Shown: positions 34,379 through 44,695 of the stretch, piece after piece
How the letters are laid out: every line of letters starts with the position of its first letter
How positions within the stretch are numbered: position 1 is the first letter of the stretch
Assembly (NCBI GenBank): GCA_024685005.1
Contig: JAIKWF010000048.1
Location: 5,470 to 69,469 of the forward strand
DNA: 64,000 bases
Origin: Lachnospiraceae bacterium
GTDB taxonomy: Bacteria > Bacillota > Clostridia > Lachnospirales > Lachnospiraceae
Reading direction: 5' to 3'
The notes under the pieces: generated by a model
Told to the model about the DNA's origin: nothing
The model's input: only the letters and a program-made list of their open reading frames with translations
The model's database searches: none
Made by a program: the position numbers and the translations under genes

Positions 34379-35551
34379 ATGTACGAACCGAATGTGACAG
34401 ATGAGATCATCAACGTAGGCGTGGATGACAAAGAGATCAAAATATTTGAGAACCAATATGAACTGCCGGATGGAATGGCTTACAATTCCTATCTGATCCT
34501 GGATGAAAAAATCTGTGTTATGGACAGTGTGGATGCGGATGTGGCTGAGCAGTGGCTTGCAAATCTGGAGCAGTATCTTGCAGGTAAAACACCTGACTAT
34601 ATCGTGGTACAGCACATGGAACCGGATCATTCCGGATCCTTAGAGATCTTTGCACAAAAGTATCCCGGAGCGAAGATCATCACCGGCGTGGCAGCGCTGC
34701 CCATGATACGTCAGTTTTTCGGAGAAGAGCTTACAGCGCGGGTTGAGACGGTAAAAGAGGGCGACAGCCTTTCACTTGGTAAGCATCAGCTCAACTTTAT
34801 CGCTGCACCCATGGTACATTGGCCGGAAGTGATCGTGACTTATGAAGCAACCAGCAAGACCCTGTTTTCCGCAGACAGTTTCGGCAAGTTCGGCTACAAG
34901 GGCGCTGAGGCAGATGACTGGGCCTGCGAAGCAAGAAGATATTATTTCAACATTGTGGGTAAATACGGCGCTTCCGTGCAAACCCTATTAAAGAAGCTGG
35001 AGGGAAAACCCCTTGATCATATCTGTCCCCTTCACGGACCGGTACTGCCGGAAAATGAGCCTCTGGATTTTTACCTGAAAAAATACCAGACATGGTCAGC
35101 ATATGAACCTGAGGATGACGGCGTAGCCATCGTATATGCCTCCATTCATGATACGGGAACAAAGCAGGCCGCCCTGAAGCTGGCTGAGATTTTCGAGGCA
35201 AAAGGGATCAAAACCGGCGTAACGGATCTGGCCCATGATGACATCCATGAAGGCGTAGAAGATGCATTCCGCTATAACAGGCTGGTGCTTTGCGCATCCT
35301 CCTATGACGGAGATGTTTTCCCACCCATGCAGCAGTTTCTGAACATCTTAAAGATCAAAGCCTATCAGAAGCGAAAAGTCGCACTGGTGGAAAACGGAAG
35401 CTGGGCGCCCACTGCAGCCAGAGTGATGCGGCAGTATGTGGACGGGTTTAAAAACTGCGAGGTGGCAGAGCCTGTAGTGACCATAAAGAGTACCATGAAG
35501 CCGGAAGACGCGAAAAAACTGGAAGAGTTGGCAGAAAACCTGCTGCAGTAG
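34379..35551 (+). CDS. flavodiiron protein (FprA-type: metallo-beta-lactamase-like plus flavodoxin-like domain)
   Basis: The di-iron motif VQHMEPDHSGS sits in the N-terminal beta-lactamase-like fold. The C-terminal half is flavodoxin-like (VAIVYASIHDTGT). 390 aa. Confidence 0.75.
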   Translation: MYEPNVTDEIINVGVDDKEIKIFENQYELPDGMAYNSYLILDEKICVMDSVDADVAEQWLANLEQYLAGKTPDYIVVQHMEPDHSGSLEIFAQKYPGAKIITGVAALPMIRQFFGEELTARVETVKEGDSLSLGKHQLNFIAAPMVHWPEVIVTYEATSKTLFSADSFGKFGYKGAEADDWACEARRYYFNIVGKYGASVQTLLKKLEGKPLDHICPLHGPVLPENEPLDFYLKKYQTWSAYEPEDDGVAIVYASIHDTGTKQAALKLAEIFEAKGIKTGVTDLAHDDIHEGVEDAFRYNRLVLCASSYDGDVFPPMQQFLNILKIKAYQKRKVALVENGSWAPTAARVMRQYVDGFKNCEVAEPVVTIKSTMKPEDAKKLEELAENLLQ

Positions 35552-35563
35552 GGGGATGAATAT

Positions 35564-37759
35564 TTGAGGAAACAGAAGAAAAAAGCAGGCAGGATCATAA
35601 ATGCGGTCACAGGCAGTCTTTTGTGCCTGAGTCTGGCAGCATCCGTATTTTTACCGGCCCTTGGCGGGGAATATAAGGAAGGCGAGCAGGAGCAAAAAGG
35701 TATGCTGGAGCAGTGCTCGGATTTAAGCTATACGGAGAGCATAGAAAATGTGCCCAATCCCTACAAAGGCTTTTACAGATCCACCAACATTGATTTTAAG
35801 CGGAATGGGAAAACGGAATATGAAAAACCGAACTATTCCAAATATGATTTTACCCTGCATCATCTGCGTTTTTCCCTGACGGATTTTTGCAAGGGAAAAA
35901 ATGGAGAACAGGATTATCCCTTAGATGATGAGATGCTTGCCTGCCTTGGCAGGATTCTGGATGATCTTCGCAGCAGCCACATGACGGCGGTGGTGCGTTT
36001 TTCTTATGATGAGGATCAGGGCGGCAGGGTGAAAAATGTGAAAAAAGACGGGAAAACCCTGAAACGCTCCGTCTACGAACCGGAGACCATTCAGATGATC
36101 ATGACCCATCAGGAAGCATTGGGGAAAGTTCTCAGTAACTACCCTGATGTGATCGCAGCTGTAGAATGCGGTATGTTCGGACCCTGGGGAGAGATGCACA
36201 GCAGTCCCAACTTCGGTCATGAGCGGGAAGAGTTTAAAAATAACCGGAAGGCAGGATTGGAATTTGAGAGAAACAACTACAATCCCGTGATCCGGAAATG
36301 GCTGGAAGTATTGCCGAAGGATATTTGCGTTACGGTTCGTCAGGCAGATCATTTCTGCGGATTCGTTGGGATCGAGGAAAAAGACCTTGCAACCTATGAG
36401 GCAAAGGAAGGAGACCTTGCCTACAGACTGGGACTTTACAATGACGGCTATCTGGGTTCGGATTCGGATCTGGGAACCTTTGAAGCTGAAAACAGGACTA
36501 TCGTTACCGGGTGGCTGAAAAAGCAGGCCCTTCATACGCTTTACGGCGGAGAACTGGTGGCAAAGGACTCCGCAGAAAGCTGCAAAGTGGTGGATAACAC
36601 CGCCGCATATATCGCAAAGGAAGCCTACGACACCCACACAAGCTACTTAAACAGTGGCTGGCATAAGGAAACGGTAGAAGCCATGAAGAGTGAGGTCTAC
36701 CGGGAAGACGGCTCGATCTACGATGGTAAATCCGGCTATACTTATGTGGAAAACCATTTGGGTTACCGCTTTTTGGTAAAAGACGTGAGAATGATGAAGG
36801 AGGGTGCTGCGGGCGCAGGGTTTGCCCTTTCGGCGGATATGGAAAACCTGGGCTTTGGCAATCTGATCAAAGAAAAACAGGCGATCCTGATCTTCAAGGG
36901 AGCGGACAAAACCGTGACGCTGCCGCTAAGCAGTGCAGATACCACTGCGCAGGTGCGGACGGAAAAAGCAGACCCCAGACAGTGGAACAGCCGGGAGATC
37001 ACAGGATTTAAGGCTGTATTCAGGCTGCCCAAAGACCTTTCCTTAGGAACGTATCGGGTGTATCTGCGTCTGGCATCCGATGTAACATCAACCGGAGAAA
37101 ACGGATATCCCATTCGTTTCGTCAACGCTGACAAAGAGGATACCCGGATCTGGGATGAGGACCTTGGAGCCAATCTTTTAGGCAGCTTTGAGGTGGTTCC
37201 TGCCATTCAAAAGGATCCGCTGAAACTTTCGTTATCCGAGATTGATAAAACTCCCGCCAGGATCGATGCCAGAACCGGACAGGTGCTGGAAGCGGCAGGG
37301 GAAGAAGAGCAGAGAAAAGAGTCCGGCCTGGAAGCGCTTTCCGACGGAGTCTTTACCTATAAGGTGCTGCAGGCGGCCGATGAAAACGGCAAACAGGGTA
37401 AGCTGATGCTTACCGGGGTGGTGAAATCCAAAAAGAAGATCACCATAAAAGATACGGCCAAGATCAGCGGCATCACATACCGGATCATACGGATCGGGGA
37501 AAAGGCATTTTCCGGAGATAAAAAACTGACCACAGTCATCATCGGAAGAAACGTGACGATCATTGATAAGAATGCGTTTTTCAATACCCCGAGATTAAAG
37601 AAAGTGACAATACGATCAAAGAAGCTGAAACAGATCGGAAAGAAAGCTTTTTACCGGAAAAAAGGGAAACAGATCACATTCACGGTTCCCGTGGGAAAGA
37701 AGAAAGCCTACGAAAAATACATAAAAAAAGCAAAAACGAATCGTTATGTGATAAAATAA
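35564..37759 (+). CDS. secreted DUF4874/DUF4832-like glycosidase-fold protein with C-terminal BspA-type leucine-rich repeats
   Basis: Signal peptide. PNPYKGFY near the N-terminus. The C-terminal repeats (IGEKAFSGDKKLTTVIIGRNVTIIDKNAFFNTPRLKKVTI) are typical of BspA-like LRRs. TTG start. Confidence 0.55.
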   Translation: MRKQKKKAGRIINAVTGSLLCLSLAASVFLPALGGEYKEGEQEQKGMLEQCSDLSYTESIENVPNPYKGFYRSTNIDFKRNGKTEYEKPNYSKYDFTLHHLRFSLTDFCKGKNGEQDYPLDDEMLACLGRILDDLRSSHMTAVVRFSYDEDQGGRVKNVKKDGKTLKRSVYEPETIQMIMTHQEALGKVLSNYPDVIAAVECGMFGPWGEMHSSPNFGHEREEFKNNRKAGLEFERNNYNPVIRKWLEVLPKDICVTVRQADHFCGFVGIEEKDLATYEAKEGDLAYRLGLYNDGYLGSDSDLGTFEAENRTIVTGWLKKQALHTLYGGELVAKDSAESCKVVDNTAAYIAKEAYDTHTSYLNSGWHKETVEAMKSEVYREDGSIYDGKSGYTYVENHLGYRFLVKDVRMMKEGAAGAGFALSADMENLGFGNLIKEKQAILIFKGADKTVTLPLSSADTTAQVRTEKADPRQWNSREITGFKAVFRLPKDLSLGTYRVYLRLASDVTSTGENGYPIRFVNADKEDTRIWDEDLGANLLGSFEVVPAIQKDPLKLSLSEIDKTPARIDARTGQVLEAAGEEEQRKESGLEALSDGVFTYKVLQAADENGKQGKLMLTGVVKSKKKITIKDTAKISGITYRIIRIGEKAFSGDKKLTTVIIGRNVTIIDKNAFFNTPRLKKVTIRSKKLKQIGKKAFYRKKGKQITFTVPVGKKKAYEKYIKKAKTNRYVIK

Positions 37760-37795
37760 TAAAAATGATCGGTTTTGAAAGGAAGGAAAAAAGCG

Positions 37796-38671
37796 ATGTC
37801 GGACAATATGAATGACGGATTGGATTTCCTCAATGACACACTTGATTTTCTCAACAACAGTTTTGGAGCCGGCCCGGCAAGTTCGGATTCGGGAGACGGA
37901 AAGCCTGTGTCCAAGAATAACAAGGTTCTGGTAGTAGGGGCAAAGGAAAGCTTTCTGATCCGTGTCATAGTCAAGAAGATCCAGGATGCGGGGATTCCCT
38001 GTGAGTTTGCGCCCTGGGAAGTGAATGATATTTATTCCAGATGGAAGGATACGGGACTGGTTACCGCTTACATGGATGACGGCCTTCGTCCCGGGGATGA
38101 TGCGGTTCGATTCCTGACTGACAAGCTGGCTGAAGAAGATAAGAAGCTGATCCTTGTGGGCGAGAAGAACGATGTATCCATTATGGAGAAAAACTTCCCT
38201 GTGGATCTGATCTATCAGACCTTTATCCGGCCCATTGATAACGATAAGTTTATCGCTACGGTGAGGGAGTTCTTTGACGAGGCAAGAAGCGGAAGCTTTA
38301 AGAAAACAATTCTTGTAGTAGATGATGATCCCAACTATCTGAACCTTGTAAGAGAATGGCTCCGAGGGAAATATAAGGTAGCGATGGCTAACTCCGGAAT
38401 GCAGGCCATCAAATGGCTGGGGCTGAACAACGCGGACCTGATCCTTTTGGATTATGAGATGCCCGTTACCAGCGGAGCCATGGTGCTTGAGATGCTCAGG
38501 AACGATGAAGAGACCAGAAATATTCCGGTTATATTCCTGACGGGTAAAAATGATAAAAACAGCGTGATCGCTGTTATGCAGTTGAAGCCTGACGGATACT
38601 TTTTGAAGACCATCGAGCGAAAAGAGCTTTTGGATAAGCTGGACGAGTTCTTTGTATTGCACAGAAGCTGA
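37796..38671 (+). CDS. orphan response regulator: degenerate receiver-like domain plus canonical receiver, no output domain
   Basis: Start moved to MSDNMNDG (ATG 37796, AAGGAAGG upstream). The C-terminal REC is ILVVDDDPNYL...LILLDYEMP...FLTGKND. The N-terminal half (KVLVVGAKESF...) has a REC-like pattern but lacks the acidic pocket. Confidence 0.7.
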   Translation: MSDNMNDGLDFLNDTLDFLNNSFGAGPASSDSGDGKPVSKNNKVLVVGAKESFLIRVIVKKIQDAGIPCEFAPWEVNDIYSRWKDTGLVTAYMDDGLRPGDDAVRFLTDKLAEEDKKLILVGEKNDVSIMEKNFPVDLIYQTFIRPIDNDKFIATVREFFDEARSGSFKKTILVVDDDPNYLNLVREWLRGKYKVAMANSGMQAIKWLGLNNADLILLDYEMPVTSGAMVLEMLRNDEETRNIPVIFLTGKNDKNSVIAVMQLKPDGYFLKTIERKELLDKLDEFFVLHRS

Positions 38672-38747
38672 AGTTGCCGTAAAAAGTCCTTTCGGGGGAG
38701 AGGGCAACTAGATCCCGGGAAGGCCGGGACCGGATGGGAGGAAATTT

Positions 38748-41063
38748 ATGAAACACGATCGGTGGGGGATGTATGCTTTAGGCTGCATCTGTTTAGTGAT
38801 GCCCTTTTTTCTGACTGCCTGCGCCGGAAAGGAGGAGCCCGCAACGCAGCAGGAGACGTCTGAGGAACCTGAAACTCAGGAAGTTTCGGAAACGGAGAAC
38901 GACCCGGAGGAGGAGAATAGCCCGGAAGAAGAAAGCAGTCAGGAGGAAACCGGCGAAAGCGAATCCGCAGCTTCTTCTGAAAACCTTCTTGCCAACGGAG
39001 ACCTGTCCCAGGGATTGGATCCCTGGATGTATTTTTGTCAGGACGGAGAATGCGATCTTTCCGTGGATTCCCAGGGACGTCTGGATGTAGATATCAAAAA
39101 TATCGGCACCGTGGAGCATGGTGTGCAGGTATATCATGATGGCTTTTCATTAGAGGAAGGCTGCGAATACAAAATTTCTTTTGACGCCGAAGCGACCATC
39201 AAGCGCCCTTTGGAAATGCGCTTTCAGCTTAACGGCGGCGATTATCATGCCTATTTCTTGGAGTATCCCGTCATAGAAGAACAATCCAATCACTATGAAT
39301 ATACATTTACCATGGAAGAAGCTACGGACCCCGCGCCCCGCTTCTGTTTCAATATGGGACTGGTAAACGATACGGACAAAAATGCCGGCGAGCATCATGT
39401 TTATCTGGATAACCTTACGCTGCAGCTTTTGGATGACAGCGGCAAAGTGGAAGGAAGCGGTCAGGCAAGTCTGCCGGATATCACAGTGGATCAGATCGGT
39501 TACTTCCCGGGTGGAAAAAAGACAGCAGTCATTATGGGCAGCGGTCTTGGCAGTACCGCAAAACTCATAGACGAAGCCACGGGACAGAGCGTTTTGGAAG
39601 CGGCTGTAGGACAGGGAACGGATGATCCTGATGCAGGAGAAAAAACGGAGGTTTTTGATTTTTCATCCATCACCAAAGAAGGAACCTATCATGTAGAAGC
39701 GGGAGATGCAGTCTCCCCTGCATTTACCATCGGAAAAGATGTGTATGATCAGGCGTTTACGGCAAGTATCAAGATGCTGTATTACCAGCGGTGCGGAGAG
39801 GAGCTTCCATCGGAATATGCGGGAAATTTTGCCCACCCTGCCTGCCATACCCAGAAAGCAGTGCTGTATGAAGATAACGGAAAATCACTGGATGTTTCCG
39901 GCGGATGGCATGATGCGGGAGATTACGGAAGATATCCTGTGGCAGCGGCCAAAGCTGTGGCGGATCTTTTGTTAGCATATGAGAACTATCCGGAAGTATT
40001 TGACGATGCTGTGGGAATTCCCGAAAGCGGCAACGGCGTGCCGGATATTCTGGATGAGGCAAAATTTGAGCTGGAATGGCTTTTAAAGATGCAGGCTGAA
40101 AACGGCGGCGTTTATCATAAAGTGACCTGCCGGAATTTCCCGGGAGAGATCATGCCCCAGGAAGAAACGGATCAGCTTGTGATCATGCCGGTATCCACCA
40201 CCGCCACGGCAGACTTTGCGGCAGTGATGTGCATGGCATCGAGAGTTTATGAGAAAACAGATGCATCATTTGCAAAGAAGGCAATGGATGCGGCAAAGAA
40301 AGCCATCGCTTACCTGGACAAGACACCCCGGGATACCAAGGGATACAAGAATCCTTCGGATGTGGCCACAGGTGAGTATGAAGATACCTGCGATGTGGAT
40401 GAACGCTTCTGGGCTTATGCGGAGGCCTTCAAGACAACAGGAGATAAGGCCTATGAGGAGGCTTTGAAAAAAGAGCTGCCTGACAACGGATACAGCCTGG
40501 GCTGGCAGGGCGTTGCAGGATACGGCGGCTATGCTTATCTGAGCGCAAAAAATACAGACAGTGCCACAAAAGAAGCCGTTTTGCAGGGGGCAAAAAAAGC
40601 AGCCGACGGGATCTGCACAAATACCGCAAAAAGCGCTTTTGGATCCTCTATTTCCGGGGAATATCCCTGGGGCAGCAATCTGACAATTGCCAATAACGGA
40701 ATGTATCTGCTTTTGATGAAGGACTACACCGGTCAGAATGATGATACGGCAGCGTCCCAGCTCCATTACCTCTTTGGCAATAACGCTACGCGCTACAGCT
40801 ATTTGACCGGTTTTGGAACCCTTTATGCGGATCACCCCCATCACAGACCGTCCCAGGCCATGGGAAAGACGGTTCCCGGAATGGTAGTGGGAGGACCCAA
40901 CAGTCATTTGGATGACCCTTACGTACAAAATGTATTACAGGGCACAGCACCTGCAAAATGCTATGCCGATAATTCCCAAAGCTATTCCACCAACGAAATC
41001 ACCATTTACTGGAATTCACCGCTGATCTACCTGCTGGCAGGAGAGCTGTCGCAGGCAAAATAA
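38748..41063 (+). CDS. glycoside hydrolase family 9 endoglucanase lipoprotein with N-terminal carbohydrate-binding and Ig-like modules
   Basis: Lipobox FFLTACAG and an acidic linker. GH9 signatures DVSGGWHDAGDYGRY, HHRPS and SYSTNEITIYWNSPLIYLLA. Confidence 0.85.
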   Translation: MKHDRWGMYALGCICLVMPFFLTACAGKEEPATQQETSEEPETQEVSETENDPEEENSPEEESSQEETGESESAASSENLLANGDLSQGLDPWMYFCQDGECDLSVDSQGRLDVDIKNIGTVEHGVQVYHDGFSLEEGCEYKISFDAEATIKRPLEMRFQLNGGDYHAYFLEYPVIEEQSNHYEYTFTMEEATDPAPRFCFNMGLVNDTDKNAGEHHVYLDNLTLQLLDDSGKVEGSGQASLPDITVDQIGYFPGGKKTAVIMGSGLGSTAKLIDEATGQSVLEAAVGQGTDDPDAGEKTEVFDFSSITKEGTYHVEAGDAVSPAFTIGKDVYDQAFTASIKMLYYQRCGEELPSEYAGNFAHPACHTQKAVLYEDNGKSLDVSGGWHDAGDYGRYPVAAAKAVADLLLAYENYPEVFDDAVGIPESGNGVPDILDEAKFELEWLLKMQAENGGVYHKVTCRNFPGEIMPQEETDQLVIMPVSTTATADFAAVMCMASRVYEKTDASFAKKAMDAAKKAIAYLDKTPRDTKGYKNPSDVATGEYEDTCDVDERFWAYAEAFKTTGDKAYEEALKKELPDNGYSLGWQGVAGYGGYAYLSAKNTDSATKEAVLQGAKKAADGICTNTAKSAFGSSISGEYPWGSNLTIANNGMYLLLMKDYTGQNDDTAASQLHYLFGNNATRYSYLTGFGTLYADHPHHRPSQAMGKTVPGMVVGGPNSHLDDPYVQNVLQGTAPAKCYADNSQSYSTNEITIYWNSPLIYLLAGELSQAK

Positions 41064-41106
41064 TACAAGTGTAAAATGCACAAAAAAATGCAGGAGGCCA
41101 GGAAAT

Positions 41107-42474
41107 ATGCATGATATAGCACTGAGTAAAAAAACCTTTAAACTGGAACAGGACCCTTATATCTATCAGCTGCAGGACATCAGAGATCCGGAGCTGTTCC
41201 GGGAAATGTTCCCCTACACAGAAGTACCGAAGATCGCATTCAACTACAGAAGAGTGCCGGAGAATATGCCGGAGGATATTTTTATCACGGATACTTCATT
41301 TCGGGACGGCCAGCAGTCAAGAGCACCTTATACCACAGAACAGATGGTGCACATTTACAAGCTGCTGCATAAGTTAGGCGGCCCTAACGGAATGATCCGC
41401 CAGACCGAGTTTTTTGTTTACTCCGAAAAAGACAGAAAAGCCCTGGAAAAGTGCATGGAACTGGGATATAAGTTTCCGGAGATCACTACCTGGATCAGAG
41501 CCAACAAGAAGGACTTTGAACTGGTAAGATCCATTGGGATCAAGGAAACGGGAATCCTGGTATCCTGCTCCGATTATCATATTTTCCATAAGATGGGCCT
41601 GAGCAGAAAACAGGCATTGGATAAATACCTTGGCATCGTTTCCGAATGCATCGAAGCGGGCCTGCGTCCCAGATGCCATTTTGAAGATATCACAAGAGCG
41701 GATTTCTACGGATTTGTGGTACCCTTTGCCAATGCATTGATGGACCTTTCCAAGGAGAGCGGCGTACCTGTAAAGATCCGCGCCTGCGATACCATGGGAT
41801 ACGGCGTGCCTTACCCCGGCGCAGCCATGCCCCGAAGCGTATCCGGTATCATCTACGGATTGCAGCATTATTCAGATGTGCCTTCGGAAATGATCGAGTG
41901 GCACGGACACAATGATTTTTATAAAGGCGTAGTGAATGCAACCACAGCCTGGATGTACGGTGCAAGTGCCGTAAACTGCTCACTTTTGGGTATCGGCGAG
42001 CGGACAGGAAATGTGCCTGTGGAAGCTATGATCTTTGAATATGCATCCCTGCGGGGTCACTTTAACGGAATGGAGCCTTCGGTGATCACCGAGATCGCAG
42101 AATACATTCAGAATGAAACGGGCTACGAGATCCCGCCCATGACACCCTTTGTGGGAGCCAATTTTAACCTTACAAGAGCAGGGATCCATGCTGACGGCAT
42201 GATGAAAAATCCTGAGATCTACAACATCTTTGATACGGAAACCATCTTAAACAGACCGCCCAAGGTATCCGTGACCAATACCTCCGGCCTTGCGGGAGTA
42301 ACCTTCTGGGTGAACGGATACAGAAAGAGCAAAGGCCTTTCGGAGCTGCCCAAAACTGATCCCGTGATCAAAGAGATCTACGACTGGGTTTGCAAAGAGT
42401 ATGATGAGGGACGCATCACCATGATCAGCGATGAAGAGCTTCGCAGCGCTTACAAGCGATTCGGAGGCAGGTGA
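41107..42474 (+). CDS. HMGL-like family enzyme (isopropylmalate / homocitrate / Re-citrate synthase type)
   Basis: ITDTSFRDGQQS at the N-terminus and HGHNDFYKGVVNA are typical of the DRE-TIM aldol-type condensing enzymes. The 455-aa size fits the clostridial Re-citrate-synthase-like group. Confidence 0.7.
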   Translation: MHDIALSKKTFKLEQDPYIYQLQDIRDPELFREMFPYTEVPKIAFNYRRVPENMPEDIFITDTSFRDGQQSRAPYTTEQMVHIYKLLHKLGGPNGMIRQTEFFVYSEKDRKALEKCMELGYKFPEITTWIRANKKDFELVRSIGIKETGILVSCSDYHIFHKMGLSRKQALDKYLGIVSECIEAGLRPRCHFEDITRADFYGFVVPFANALMDLSKESGVPVKIRACDTMGYGVPYPGAAMPRSVSGIIYGLQHYSDVPSEMIEWHGHNDFYKGVVNATTAWMYGASAVNCSLLGIGERTGNVPVEAMIFEYASLRGHFNGMEPSVITEIAEYIQNETGYEIPPMTPFVGANFNLTRAGIHADGMMKNPEIYNIFDTETILNRPPKVSVTNTSGLAGVTFWVNGYRKSKGLSELPKTDPVIKEIYDWVCKEYDEGRITMISDEELRSAYKRFGGR

Positions 42475-42757
42475 CCCCGGGGGACGGAGTCACAGGGTCA
42501 AAACCCGCCTTTACGATCGCGGCTTCGTATCCGGATCAGTGTTTTCAAAGATCAAATGCTGAATCGGATATGTGAAGCACTGAATCGAAGCACGTAACCG
42601 AGGTTTACACAAATTACTGTCTTAGAATGTGCACAATGTGCCATTCGTCGTCCGAAATGAACATTTCGTCCGGTTTTTCCCACTTTTTTGAAAGAGTATA
42701 GTAATATGCTCATAAAGCAGTATGTGGTGACTGTAAGGAAAAAGAGAGGGAAACAAA

Positions 42758-43903
42758 ATGGCTGCAAATTTCAGGATTAGTATTAAGCTGCTAAAAGAAT
42801 TACTGTCTAAACTTGAAGAGATTGAAAGAAGCTTAAGAAAGAACAGAGAAACACTTGCTAATGTAAGAAACGGGATCAGTGTGGGAAGCGGAACCCATGA
42901 GATTAAGGCGCTCTTAGCAGAGGAAATTGAGCGGATCGATAAGCAGGCGGAAGCGGTTCATCAGCTGAAAGAGACTCTGGAAGACGTGATCCGTTTGTAT
43001 GAGATGGCGGAAGCGACAATTTCCGGTAACTATATTGAGAAACTGCTTGTGAACGTGGATAAAGCTGTGGACAATATCACTGATCTGTCAAAGGAAAATC
43101 AGGATATTCTCCGGGAGTGGATAGAATCCAACAGAGAAAAAAATGCAAGCGTAGTGGACCGGATCGAGGATGAGGAAACCAGAAAAGGTTTTTCCGATGA
43201 CTATCGTGATACGCTGCAAAAGCATTATGATGATGTTCCTCCTGAATATCGGAATACCAGAGATTTGTATGATAAATATTCCAAAGATGTTAAAGTCGCA
43301 GACTTTAATGCACCGGGGTCGAAGCATAACAGCGGAAAACTATATTTGGATTCCTCTGCCGATATGAGTAATAAGAGAGGAAACGGAACCACCTACTATC
43401 ATGAATTCGGTCATTTTGTCGTGTATAAGGAAGGTTGGGTAAAAGGTAGTGAAACATGCGGAGAATTTAAGGATTTTGAGGAATCTTTAAAAAAGGAAGT
43501 TAATGAATATATTGATGGATATGAGAAAAAATATCGGGAGGAAGGTCAGAACTTAGGAAAAACCGGAGATGATCTGGATGATTATATAACTAAACAGACT
43601 AAGAAGGCCATCAAAGAGGATATCAATGGCAAGAATGATGAGTATCATCATGTTAATGATGGGTTATCCGATATTATCGACGGTGTTTCCAATGATAAAT
43701 ATCAGGCATCCTATGGTCATGACCCTGATAAAAAAACCGGCAAGAGTTATTGGGATACAAATCCCTCCAGAGTATCCAATGAAGCCTTTGCCGAAATTTT
43801 TGCCGCCGAGATGACGGGGGATACTACGGAAATTGAAAAAATGAAGGAGATTTTCCCGGAGACCTACAAGCTTTATTCGGATATGGTAAAGGATGCAAAA
43901 TAA
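42758..43903 (+). CDS. putative secreted effector: helical N-terminal domain fused to an anthrax-lethal-factor-like (ATLF) zinc metallopeptidase domain
   Basis: HEFGH at 43400-43414 (residues 215-219), and a downstream SYGH...NEAFAEIFAAE (Glu342/Glu346) resembling the SYGRTNEAEFFAEAF segment of lethal factor. The N-terminal 130 aa are a coiled-coil / WXG- or LXG-like helical region. Visibly A/T-rich. Confidence 0.6.
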   Translation: MAANFRISIKLLKELLSKLEEIERSLRKNRETLANVRNGISVGSGTHEIKALLAEEIERIDKQAEAVHQLKETLEDVIRLYEMAEATISGNYIEKLLVNVDKAVDNITDLSKENQDILREWIESNREKNASVVDRIEDEETRKGFSDDYRDTLQKHYDDVPPEYRNTRDLYDKYSKDVKVADFNAPGSKHNSGKLYLDSSADMSNKRGNGTTYYHEFGHFVVYKEGWVKGSETCGEFKDFEESLKKEVNEYIDGYEKKYREEGQNLGKTGDDLDDYITKQTKKAIKEDINGKNDEYHHVNDGLSDIIDGVSNDKYQASYGHDPDKKTGKSYWDTNPSRVSNEAFAEIFAAEMTGDTTEIEKMKEIFPETYKLYSDMVKDAK

Positions 43904-43913
43904 AGGGGACAAA

Positions 43914-44627
43914 ATGAAGAAAAACGGGATAATAGTGATGATGGTGCTGCTGTTGACAGGCTGCGGTCAGGGCCATTTGAATCAGGAGATTAACAACCGG
44001 GAGGAAGTTGTGATGACGGAGGATAAGCAGATGGAGGAAGAGATGCAAAATACCCCACAGGAGCAGAATACCGCTCAAAAGCAGAACGCCGCAGAGGAGC
44101 TTAACAGCCTGCTGCAGGACGTGGAAACCCTTGAGGGTAAAACCCTGATGTGGGACGGTGAGAAGGCAGCTATCGTAGAGGATCCAAATACCTCCGAAGG
44201 TGAAAGCTGTATTCAGGACTATGAAGCGGAAGGTCTGATCTCTTTTAGCTATCCGGAGGATTATCAGCAGGTGGAAAAAGACGAACAAAATCCGGACCAT
44301 TGTCATTTTTCCGGATCGGATACGGAGATCCTGACAAAGCAGATCGATTATGAAGAAGAAGTAGAACGATTTGATGCGGACGAAAATTTTCGTGCTTGCG
44401 ATAAGCTGTGGATCAGGGAAGACAGAAAATCGCGCTTTAAAAACCACAAAACCTATATTGGCGTCAGAGAGTTTGACGGAGTGAAAAAAGCGGGATTTGT
44501 GTTTTTGTTTGAAAGCGCCAGCACGGATCGCAGTTATAAGATCGAAGTATATGGCCTGGGAGATGTGCTGGAAGTCAGACTGGTGGCATATGGCGTGGTA
44601 AACACTTTTTCTGTGTTGACAGATTAA
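43914..44627 (+). CDS. lipoprotein of unknown function (candidate cognate immunity or partner protein)
   Basis: Start at MKKNGIIVMM (ATG 43914, AAAGGGGA upstream). Lipobox LLLTGCGQ. Begins 11 nt after the effector stop. Confidence 0.55.
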   Translation: MKKNGIIVMMVLLLTGCGQGHLNQEINNREEVVMTEDKQMEEEMQNTPQEQNTAQKQNAAEELNSLLQDVETLEGKTLMWDGEKAAIVEDPNTSEGESCIQDYEAEGLISFSYPEDYQQVEKDEQNPDHCHFSGSDTEILTKQIDYEEEVERFDADENFRACDKLWIREDRKSRFKNHKTYIGVREFDGVKKAGFVFLFESASTDRSYKIEVYGLGDVLEVRLVAYGVVNTFSVLTD

Positions 44628-44657
44628 AAAAACAGAAAACGACAAAATGAAAAAAGT

Positions 44658-44695
44658 CCGGGAGATGCAAAAAAGCTCTCCCGGTTTTCTGTTTT
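44658..44695 (+). terminator. rho-independent terminator after the lipoprotein gene
   Basis: Arms CCGGGAGA and TCTCCCGG followed by TTTTCTGTTTT. Confidence 0.65.

Noticed and set aside
20420-38990. Acidic Glu/Asp/Ala/Ser/Thr-rich low-complexity stretches (20420-20580, 22740-22880, 38830-38990) as repeats or mobile-element remnants
   Set aside because: They are in-frame linkers immediately after the lipobox cysteine of the two MetQ proteins and the GH9 lipoprotein. This is a common tether in Gram-positive lipoproteins, not independent repeat elements.
41107-42474. HMGL-family gene as the NifV homocitrate synthase of the nitrogenase-like system
   Set aside because: - It lies 24 kb from the cluster, on the far side of unrelated genes.
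- It has no Met-box promoter.
- Its size and N-terminal pattern fit the Re-citrate-synthase / isopropylmalate-synthase group common in Clostridia.
- It is kept only as a remote possibility.
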